Part shown: one piece after another, positions 1 to 10,603 of the stretch
How positions within the stretch are numbered: position 1 is the stretch's first letter
How the letters are laid out: every line of letters begins with the position of its first letter
Notes under the pieces: generated by a model
Seen by the model: the letters and a program-made list of their open reading frames with translations, nothing else
Databases searched by the model: none
What the model was told of the DNA's origin: nothing
Program-made: the position numbers and the translations under genes
NCBI RefSeq assembly: GCF_006345805.1
Contig: NC_043004.1
Location: 58,404,001 to 58,468,000, forward strand
DNA length: 64,000 bases
From: Octopus sinensis
Taxonomy: Eukaryota
Direction: 5' to 3'

Positions 1-813
1 TCCCTTCAATCGACTGTCACAAAGTTTCTGTGTACCACATTTCACTCACAAGGGTTTAGTTGGTCAGAAGTAGAAGTTCCTTATTCAAAGTGATGTGCAT
101 TGAGATCAAACCAGAAAACATACAGTTGTAAAAAAGAACTTCTCAATTATACAGCTATGCCTGAACCCATAGGGACTAATACAAGGGTTAGATACATTGT
201 AGTAGAGATGAGCATAATAAACTAACAGATACAAGTGACTTAACAGTTCAAAGTTCATTGCTAGAATTAGTTAATGCCTTAAATTATATCTAAATTCACC
301 TCAGTCAACTTTCTTGCCATATAATTCAGTTAGATGCTTAATTCAGCCATCTCAATTTATGATTCATTAGTCATGTTTTTATCTTCCATCACTATTGCAG
401 TGGCCTTTTCTCCTTCAACTTTCCAGTTTTATATCAACACACCTAAACCATCTCATTGAATTGTAATATTCAGTTTCACAGAGAAAATTGTGAAAGATTG
501 GGAGAGAGAGAGACTATGTAATTTTATTGATAGGGTTGATAACAGACTTGGAGTCAGGAGTTAATTTGAGAAGCAATCTTTACATTAAAGTAATTATAAC
601 ATTAATTTTTCACTTTATATATGTTTTTAATCCTCTCTCTATATGCTCTTGATTCTACTTTTTATTCTCAAGAGTTAGTTCTTGCTTAAGAGGCAGCATG
701 GAATATTAATGCTGTTTTCTGGTGAAGAAAACAAGTACTTGACTTATTTGCTACAGAACTTCTGCTAACTATGGCAATTGTTCCAGTAGCTATTAGTTGC
801 AGCTTTGGTGCTA

Positions 814-1073
814 ATCATCATCATCATCATCGTTTAGTGTCCACTTTCCATGCTAGCATGGGTTGGACGGTTCAACTGGGGTCTGGGAAGCCAGAAGGCT
901 GCACCAGGCCCAGTTTGATCTGGCAATGTTTCTACGGCTGGATGCCCTTCCTAACACCAACCACTCCATGAGTGTAGTGGGTGCTTTTTTCGTGCCATTG
1001 GCATGAGGCCAGTCGGGGGGGGGGGGGCTGGCAATGGCCACGAACAGATAGTGCTTTTTACATGCCAATCATA
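814..1073 (-). mobile_element. Short copy of the RTE 3' end ((CAT)n tail)
   Basis: Matches 21470-21640; similar copies at 38940-39132, 42500-42730, 47685-47840, 53340-53655, 56853-57060 and 61848-62105. Confidence 0.8.
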
Positions 1074-2045
1074 TAGAGCATATAACCATCAGCTGCTTTT
1101 TAATTTCCTCATGAAACTATCCAATTGATGTAATCTTTATAATGTCACTTACTGGAGATATCTTCATTTTTTTCCCTTACTGTGAAGTTCTTAAGACACA
1201 TTTACTGTCTCATCGAGCATGTTAAAGGTTATTTAAGTAACTCAACACATCTGAAATCTACTCATAGTGCTTCAGTTTTGTTACTGTTGCTTATTTGCTC
1301 ATCAAATTTCATTTTTCTTACTTCTCATTTTACATTGATAAAAGGGAAACATTCATATTTCCTTCTTACAAAATTCAGATACATAACTTAAAAACATCAA
1401 TAATATTACATCAAGTTAATTAACAAAATAAAAAGCGTGCTTTTCTTTTAAATTCTTTCCAATATTAAATTAAAAAGTTAAAATCTGGTTATAAGAATAA
1501 TCAACTCGACTCTTTTTTCAGACATTTGGAAAGTGTCTAATTGTAGCAATTTGGATTATAAACTTCTATTATAATTTATAACATTACAAGGCTTTTGTGA
1601 GTAATAAAAGGAAAGGTCTTCTAGTCACATTGTTTGTAATATATTTATCAATATACACAAAGTTAACTGACTCCATGAAACTATCAAACATAAAATATTA
1701 TTTTGATGAATGAGTATTAAAATATAAGTTCCTTAAACATTAAATGGCTACCTATTCATTCATTCAGAGAGAGAGAGAGAAAGAGAGAGGGAGAGAGAGA
1801 GCATCTTGGTTTTACGTTTTTTTTCTTTTTCGTTTTTCATCTAAAATATATACCTTACTAGATAGAAAAAAGAATCAGGAGTATGAGAGTAGAGAACAAT
1901 GTCTGCAATTATTTTCTTGTTCTTGGCTTACGAGCAATAAATCCCACTATCTTACATCAATGTCAGTCACACTTTATATTGATATTATCACACATAATTA
2001 ATAACAACTGTAAAGATGAAATGACAGCATGTAAAGATTTTACAT

Positions 2046-2098
<53 letters not shown>

Positions 2099-2210
2099 AA
2101 ATAAGAAAATGGAGAAATACATCCAAATCAAATATCAGGGTACTTCACGAGCAGTATATTGGATATATGTTATCCCATGGAGGGTTGCATTTACAACCCC
2201 TATCTCAATT

Positions 2211-2253
<43 letters not shown>

Positions 2254-2308
2254 TATGTATGTATATATGTTATAATGGAATAATTACTATCAAACATTGT
2301 GTAAAATA

Positions 2309-2727
2309 TATTGTATAAAGGATCGTGGGTAAAAACAATGCAAAGTAAATGCGAAGTAAATCACAAGAAAACAAATATGTGAATTAATGTAGACTTACCT
2401 TGTATTCAATATTTCGGGGTTATGACTCCATTTTCAAGAAATTGATGAATATTGCCGATGTGCATGTGTGTGAGCCTGTGTGTGGAGTGGAAAGGCATGG
2501 AAAGGTGTTGCTAAGGGGTCATAACCCCGAAAGCAATACCTTTCCATACATGTCCATTCCACACATGCTCACACACACGCACATCAGCAACATTCATCAA
2601 TTTCTTGAAAATGGGGTCATAACCCCGAAATATTGAATACAAGGTCAGTCTACATTAATTCACATATTTGTTTTCTTGTGATTTACTTCACATTGTTTTA
2701 GCCTTACCCATGATCCTTTATATAATA
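2309..2727. repeat. Inverted repeat (arms ~2309-2472 / ~2571-2727), MITE-like
   Basis: aaatcacaagaaaacaaatatgtgaattaatgtagac...tcggggttatgac versus its reverse complement. Confidence 0.85.
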
Positions 2728-3254
2728 CATACACATATATATACAAACAGTGTAATTTTCATATGACTCTCTCTGCTGTTCTGCTGATGAAGCATCTCTT
2801 CTGATGTAATTTCTTCCCCTCCTTTGTCTACTGATTACAGTTTCTTTTTTCCCATGTGTAAGGCACCCCAGCATCTGTGCTTATGCTGTGAGGTATCTAC
2901 TGCATTTCCTCTACAGGTAAACTGTAAGTGAGACTAGAAGTGCTTCCAATACACACAGTAAACAGATTGACAAATGAGCTGAGAAGGTGAAAGGCTGTGA
3001 GATCTTTTGAACTGCGTCTTGCCAAGATCTATCCAACATCTCAAACATTGTTGCAATGAGAAAATGCACACAGTACACTCTGTCTAACCCATGCTGACAA
3101 GTTAAAACAGCTAGAGTCATTTTTTACAGGGCACTACTGCTACTCATACTGGTACGCATAATGTTATTTGGTATGGTTTCTACAGCAATATGTCCTTCCT
3201 ATTGCCAACTGCTTTACAGTGTACTGGGTGAATTTTATTCAGAGGATAAATAGA

Positions 3255-3638
3255 GAAGCACTCCGTTGGTTACGACGACGAGGGTTCCGGTTGATCCGAA
3301 TCAACGGAACAGCCTGCTCGTGAAATTAACGTGTAAGTGGCTGAGCACTCCACAGACACGTGTACCCTTAACGTAGTTCTCGGGGATATTCAACATGACA
3401 CAGAGAGTGACAAGGCCGGCCCTTTGAAATACAGGTACAACAGAAACAGGAAGTAAGAGTGAGAGAAAGTTGTGGCGAAAGAGTACAGCAGGGATCACCA
3501 CCATCCCCTGCCGGAGCCTCGTGGAGCTTTTAGGTGTTTTCGCTCAATAAACACTCACAACGCCTGGTCTGGGAATCAAAGCCACAATCCTATGACCGCG
3601 AGTCCGCTGCCCTAACCACTGGGCCATTGCGCTTCCAC
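3255..3638 (-). mobile_element. tRNA-derived SINE, family A (~385 bp)
   Basis: Reverse complement of the copies at 5322/18777/22400/51185; tRNA-like head with A box tggcccagtggttag and B-box-like ggtttcgattccc. Confidence 0.85.
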
Positions 3639-3949
3639 TAGAGGTTAAATAGACCTTGGTGACAGCTCCACACATTCTCTACAAATTCGCCAGTTGCTTT
3701 ACAGTGTGTACGAGATGCATTTTAATGGTACCAATGCTAAAAAGGTCACCTCATTCACTATTCACCTGCATATGAAGCACAGTGGGTTCGATTATAATAT
3801 CAGATGGGAGATGATGTGCCTTGTGCACTGTAAATATAAAAAGTGCATTTATATCTGTGGGATTGGGTTAAGGATGTATGCATGTGTTTTGTCTGAGTAC
3901 CTCTTTATCTATCTATGTTTCTCTTTTCCTATCTCTGTCTATCTGTCAC

Positions 3950-4500
<551 letters not shown>

Positions 4501-5321
4501 ATATATGCAGGCACACAAACACACACCAAGTACATGGAATGTGTAATGAATGCTTCTCTACATGCACCCTTAGAAATTTTTTTTTTTTAAATTTATGAAA
4601 TGACAATCAATTTATCACTTTCACTTTTAGAAACTTATATTGCAACTTATTTAAACAACATTTATTTTATGCATTGCTACCTTTATTTATTTTTTTTCTA
4701 TTATCACTGTTTACTTATGCATATCAACTTGAAGAATTCTCTACTAACAGAATATATATTAACACTGCTAGCTTAAGGTTCTTGAAATATGCTTATAGGA
4801 TTGTTAACAAAGTTACTAAACTTTTATATATTCAGCATTAGTGTTTACTAACAATCAAACTAATACTGTTCTTCGATATAAAAATATTAAGTAAACCACA
4901 ATACAAACCAATAAAGAAATTATTTAACAATTAAGAAAACAAATATTCAACTTTCGATCATATTGATGTTATGTTAAATATTTACTGAAGGTTAATTATT
5001 TTGAAATAAAATTGTGTATGTGAATGTATGTATAATATTTCTATTTAAGTATATTTTTTGTTTGTGCATGTACATGTGTGTGTGTATTGTGTTGTGCAAA
5101 GATTGTCTTAATTTTACATGTGTCTTTGAAATACTCAGTTACAAAGATGCTAATATAAATTAGTAGATCAGTTGACTGAGCAGTGTGAGCAATCATCTTC
5201 TGGAGCTATGCAGAATCTGTTTACATATGTGCATTTATGCATATGCAGGTGTGTGCATCCTTGAGAGAGTGTCTTTGTGTGTTTCTGTGTTTGTATGCGT
5301 ATATATATATCTACACTTCTA

Positions 5322-5704
5322 TGGAGGCGCAATGGCCCTGTGGTTAGGGCAGCGGACTCGCGGTCGTAGGATCGCAGTTTCAATTCCCAGACCGGGCGTT
5401 GTGAGTGTTTATTGAGCGAAGACACCTAAAAGCTCCACGAGGCTCCGGCAGGGGATGGTGGTGATCCCTGCTGTACTCTTTCGCCACAACTTTCTCTCAC
5501 TCTTACTTTCTGTTTCTGTTGTACCTGTATTTCAAAGGGCCGGCCTTGTCACTCTCTGTGTCATGCTGAATATCCCCGAGAACTACGTTAAGGGTACACG
5601 TGTCTGTGGAGTGCTCAGCCACTTACACGTTAATTTCACGAGCAGGCTGTTCCGTTGATCGGATCAACCAGAACGCTCATCGTCGTAACCGACAGAGTGC
5701 TTCC
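5322..5704 (+). mobile_element. tRNA-derived SINE, family A
   Basis: ggaggcgcaatggccctgtggttagggcagcggactcgcgg head; same body as the other copies. Confidence 0.85.
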
Positions 5705-6713
5705 ATCCATATATATATATCTACACACATATATACATAGATATATACGCACTCATGTTCAGACTCATTACTCCTTACCATCATTCTTCTCTACTACTAA
5801 CCAACATCATCATTCATTTTTTTTTAAATGATTCATCAGACATTTACCTTTCCCACCATTGTTCATCTCTGTTGCTGTCCACCACTAATCTTATACTTGT
5901 CATGACTCATATTCATAGCTATCCCATCACACTGCTCATGCTGTTTCCTATTCAATCATATTACCAATGACTGATATATAGCTACCTATCACTGTCTCTC
6001 TTCTGTTACTCCCTCTCCTATCATCTTATCACTTTGTTGTCCCACCTGTCTTCTTTCATCTTCTTGGTAACCACTGTCATCTATTCACGTTCACAAACAC
6101 ATATATCATGAAAGACTGAAGACTACATAAAGCAGAGAAGTCTATGTGTGTATGAGAAATGTGTATGTAGACGCTTTAAATATGAAATATACAATTTTAT
6201 TTCAAATTTACATGAAAACAAGTAACTTCAAATTGTTTAGGTGTATAAATCTATTTATTACTCATAAATATAGTTTTATTGTAGAACTTGTAACAAAATT
6301 GTTAAATATAATGTTGGTTGCATAAATTAAACTAAGCTTTAGTTTGCTTGAGCACTTTTAGTCTAAAGTCAAAATAACTTTTCATTTTTACACATTAGAC
6401 ATTCACTTTTAAGCATTGATCATCAATAACCATATGATGTAATCTTATCTTTATAAAATACATGCTTTGAATTATTTCTACTTAAGATTGGAAACAACTA
6501 TAGATTTTGAAAATGATCTATGGTTAAATTTATGTTTGATTAAATTAATCTCATTGATTAAACTATGCTTTTTTTTTTCTTGCAATTTGACAGGTTTTAA
6601 AAAATAATTATGAAATTGTTAATATTAATAATGATAATGTTACTTATAATGACTATTCCAACAACAACAACAATTATAATTATGTAATAACAACAACAAC
6701 AACAATAATAATC

Positions 6714-6746
<33 letters not shown>

Positions 6747-6849
6747 GGCCTATTTAAATTTACCTAAAAAAAAAACTGAGCAATTCCAGGGAAAGTTTTT
6801 CTAAAACTTGCCTACTCATGAGTTAAATTTTATTCTTTGGGTTTAATTA

Positions 6850-6953
6850 AGGATCGTCGTCGGGTAGAAGCCATGGATGGTAGCAAAGAAATTAGCTGAA
6901 AGGTATACATATCACTTTTTGGTGCCGCTCTTATCTGTCTTGTTTCTTTTCGC
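6850..6953 (+). promoter_or_regulatory. Distal intronic editing-complementary sequence (ECS) candidate pairing with Kv2 exon 11090-11202
   Basis: 6850-6868 is the exact reverse complement of 11184-11202; 6876-6884 pairs with 11147-11155; 6934-6953 pairs with 11090-11109; all collinear and antiparallel. Confidence 0.75.
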
Positions 6954-7851
6954 TACCATACATAGGTTTTAGGATAAAATTGTTCTTATGAGTAGGAAGT
7001 TTGTCTCCATTGCCAAATAATGCATAATTTTTTTTGATATTTTCTCTTCCTCCTTTTAAAAAATTTACTATTAAACTTCACTTTAAAGGTGCCATAATTT
7101 GTAGTTATAAATAATTTGTGTTTATATGTCATTTAAACTTGCAGAAATTTAAGAGTCCATAAAATTTTACCTCATGTTCCAAATATATGTTTCATCTTCT
7201 TTTCTCTATAAATGATGATTTTCATTTTTTTTTTCTCACATTCAACTGCATTTACTTACTGAATATATTCTTTCTTCATTGTTCAATTATATTCCACTTG
7301 AATTTGTATACTTGCTACACTTAAATATACATATTTAGTTTCAAATATATATACCATTTACACATGTAAGCATAAAAAAATATGAGTGTGAGGGTGCCAG
7401 AGACAGAGAGAGTGTGTGAGAACACATACATATACTCTATGTATACACTCTCACTTCTGCAACACAAAGATACACTAGGAAACCAGCTCATAGATTGTGA
7501 AACTAGATCCACCTTAGTTGTTTCGTTGTACATTTGAAAACAAAAGTAATTCAGCATGCAACAGTTGTCCTAAGTTTCAAAAATAGGGACCAGCATTTTC
7601 TGGGAGTACCTTCACCATTGGTTGGATTTCGAGAAGGTGGTTTATTTTCATCCACGTAATGTCATAAAAATGGACCTAATCACACACTCTTATTATCCTG
7701 ACTGATGCATAAAGAAACTCTTGTAATACAATTACCTCAATTTATTCCACAATGTAAATGCATTGACATGGGGAATTATCTATACACACATTCATCACTC
7801 ATACACACGCACATACACCCCCCACACACACATATGTATATATGTATACAT

Positions 7852-7882
<31 letters not shown>

Positions 7883-8023
7883 TGTTTATTGCACACAGAA
7901 TATAGTTATATAGTTATGAGCTACTCAACTACTCATAGTTACATACATTGAAGATGTTTTCCAGGTAGGATTGAATAACGTGCCTAGTATCTCCAAGCAA
8001 TCTTTAGGCTCAATGCATATGAC

Positions 8024-8984
8024 CTATACAAGTTACAAATTGGAACAAGAGAAACCATGAGAAAAACAAGAGAAAAGTAGATGCAAAAAGTGGAAAAGTG
8101 AAAGAAATAGAAAAAGAAAGGTTTAAAGGTGAAGACTTAAGATTATGCCCTCTTTGACCATAAAACCACAAAGTTAGTTGATGCAGAATAAACAGAAGGG
8201 GTTTAAAGTTTGTGTTACAGTCGCTCAATCCAGAGAGGGTGATGTTCTCCAATTTGCCAAAAGAAACTTGTCCATATATATGCATTTGCTGAAAATTTCA
8301 GATCTGCAATTCAGCAGCATGGTGGAATTCTTAGATCTGAAAAGGATATATGATCTTTCAGCTACTCATGACTCACATTCTTTAGATCCATTAACATATG
8401 GCATTATATGAAGTAGATGTAACAGCAATGCTACATGATAATGTGACCAAAAAGGACTATTGCAAAGATGACTTCAAAAATGCTAACTGCCTATCTACTT
8501 TCCAGCACGTGGACAAAAGTAATGTTAATAAGTTGGCTATCCACATTTGAGGTTTAAAGACCAATTCCATGCCACATAAAATCAAGTGGAATAGTGTAGA
8601 AAAAGTCATGCCATATATTAATGGATTAAAGAAATGCATCTTATGTGTAGCTGAAAAATCACATACTTTTTAGAGCTAAAGAATTCCACTTCACTGCTAA
8701 ATTCCAGATCTGAAAGTTTCAGCAAATGCATATATATGGACAAGTTTCTTTTGGTGAATTGGAGAATACCACCATCTCCATATTCAGCAGCTATGTTGCA
8801 GACTTTAGACCCCTTCTCTTGATTCTACATTAACTAGCTTTATGGCTTTATGGTCAAAGGGTATATAACACTAATTTTTCTTCTTTCACCATTTTTTTTT
8901 TGTTTCTGTTACCCTTTCACTTTTTGCCCCCACCTTCCTCTCATTTTTTGTCTTATGATTTCTCCTGATTTATAACTTGTATAG
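8024..8984. repeat. Large diverged inverted repeat (arms ~8024-8404 / ~8608-8984)
   Basis: Core 8257-8306 versus 8705-8754 is 49/50 complementary. Confidence 0.85.
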
Positions 8985-9167
8985 ACCATGTGTACAGAGC
9001 CTGAAGTTTGCTTGCAGACACTAGGCATGTTATTAAAATCTGCTTAGAAAACATTACCGTTGTATGAACTGTTTGTAACTATATACCATGTAGAGTAAAC
9101 AATATACATGTATATGTATGTATATATGCATATGTATATATATGAATATATATATTATTTGTATGAT

Positions 9168-9257
9168 AGATAGATAGATAGATAGATAGATAGACAGATA
9201 GATAGATAGATAAATAGATAGACAGATAGCTAGATAGATAGATAGATAGATAGACAG
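9168..9257. repeat. (GATA)n tetranucleotide array
   Basis: Direct inspection. Confidence 0.95.
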
Positions 9258-9722
9258 AAAGATTAACATTTATACTAACTCCTCCTGTATTTTAATAGAC
9301 TTAGTTCTCATTTCCTACACTATTTTCCAGGAGGTTAAACATACTTAAAATATTTCTCTTTCAAAAATAGAAACTACATACACCCCCAACCCCCACAAAA
9401 ACAATGAAAGCAAAATCTTGAATTCAACTTTGTCAGTTGTTGATAATCAGCAAGAATAAATGTCCGTACATTAATGCATGTACACCTACACACACGCGCA
9501 CATACACACATGCACTCATATGCATACACACACTCCCCCATCATTTTTTTTTTATTCAAAATCTTTTCATATACCCTAAAATATTTTTCCTTTTTTTTTG
9601 CAGTACAGCTTGAAACCTATTTCATATAAATGTTATTTTCATTCTTGATATAGTTATTGTTTTTTTACCTATCAATGGCTTTGCTTATATTCTTATATAT
9701 TGTATATTTATTTTTGGTTTGT

Positions 9723-9754
<32 letters not shown>

Positions 9755-9759
9755 AATAT

Positions 9760-9791
9760 GTTATCCCTGCTTCTTGTTCTCTTCCAGCTTT
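9760..9791 (+). promoter_or_regulatory. ECS candidate pairing with the S1-S2 linker coding region 10679-10711
   Basis: Reverse complement aaagctggaagagaacaagaagcagggataac aligns to exon aaaggtgaaggagagcaggaaggggctgataac; several of the differences are G-U compatible. Confidence 0.5.
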
Positions 9792-9996
9792 TATTAGTGA
9801 TTACTTCCAATTTTCAGACTTCTTTATAAATATGCTTATACAGTATATGTATATATATACATTTATTACATATATATATATATAATATATATATATTATA
9901 TATATATATATAATATTTATATATATGTATAAGTATATATTTAGTATATTTATGTATGTATTTATATATTCCCATACATACTATCTGCTATTCTGT

Positions 9997-10119
9997 GGAT
10001 TGTCAGCGTAACAGCTAGCACACCTCTTCATGTACAGCATCCACTACCAATTTAGTGGCTAAAGCTGGCTGCTATAAAAATATCAAAGCCGTCTCCTACT
10101 GTCCCTATGGATGACCCAC
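9997..10119 (+). promoter_or_regulatory. Proximal intronic ECS candidate pairing with the Kv2 pore/S6 coding region 11143-11265
   Basis: Three collinear helices (10005-10024:11237-11256; 10029-10050:11214-11235; 10088-10103:11164-11179), mostly Watson-Crick and G-U pairs. Confidence 0.8.
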
Positions 10120-10126
10120 AATTATT

Positions 10127-10382
10127 TACTACTACCACCACCACTATTATTACTATTACAATCATTACTATTACTACTACTACTTTTACAACTACTACTG
10201 CTACTACTACAACTACTATTACTACCACTACTACTACTAATACTACTACCATCTCCGCGTCCTCCATTACTACTACTACCACCACCTCCACCTACTACTA
10301 CTACTACTGCTACTACTACTACTACTACTACAACTACTATTACTACTACTACTACTACCATTACTACTACTACTACTATTCA
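10127..10382. repeat. Imperfect (TAC/ACT)n trinucleotide array
   Basis: Direct inspection. Confidence 0.95.
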
Positions 10383-10589
10383 TAGCATATCTTACATATG
10401 CTACTTTGCTTTCAACTGTCTTTCTTCCAATTTTTTTTTTTTAAATTCCTTACCCACTCCTTATCTTGTCAAAGTCATGCTTTGGTGTGAGTAACAGCTT
10501 ACTATTATTTATTTAAGTCCCTATCTAGGAGTATCTTTTAAGAGATCCATTCGTTAACCTGTGTATTTTTTCAGCGTTACCAGAATTTG

Positions 10590-10603
10590 AAAACATTTTT
10601 CAG
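10590..10603 (+). promoter_or_regulatory. 3' splice acceptor of the Kv2 exon
   Basis: aaaacatttttcag|GTC; puts the conserved S1 start (V-L-A-I-V-S) in frame. Confidence 0.85.

Noticed and set aside
5322-5395. tRNA-like sequences at SINE heads (families A, B, C and the 39 kb element)
   Set aside because: Cloverleaves are incomplete and continue into SINE bodies with TSDs; not functional tRNA genes
5455-5658. Recurrent ORF MVVIPAVLF...NFTSRLFR (also at 3301, 18860, 22533, 51318)
   Set aside because: Lies within SINE family A; it recurs because of SINE copy number, with no evidence of a coding gene
6660-6745. (AAC)n near the distal ECS could pair with (GTT)n at 9725-9753 next to the 9760 element
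   Set aside because: Such microsatellites are ubiquitous in this window, so the juxtaposition is not evidence by itself
7950-8015. Weak antisense similarity to the S2 coding region (gcattg...cttgga...ct.gg.acg)
   Set aside because: Only short, interrupted matches; not distinguishable from chance by eye
10575-10603. Alternative upstream acceptors (AG at 10573-74 and 10582-83)
   Set aside because: They would add 29 or 20 nt and shift the frame relative to the conserved S1 start
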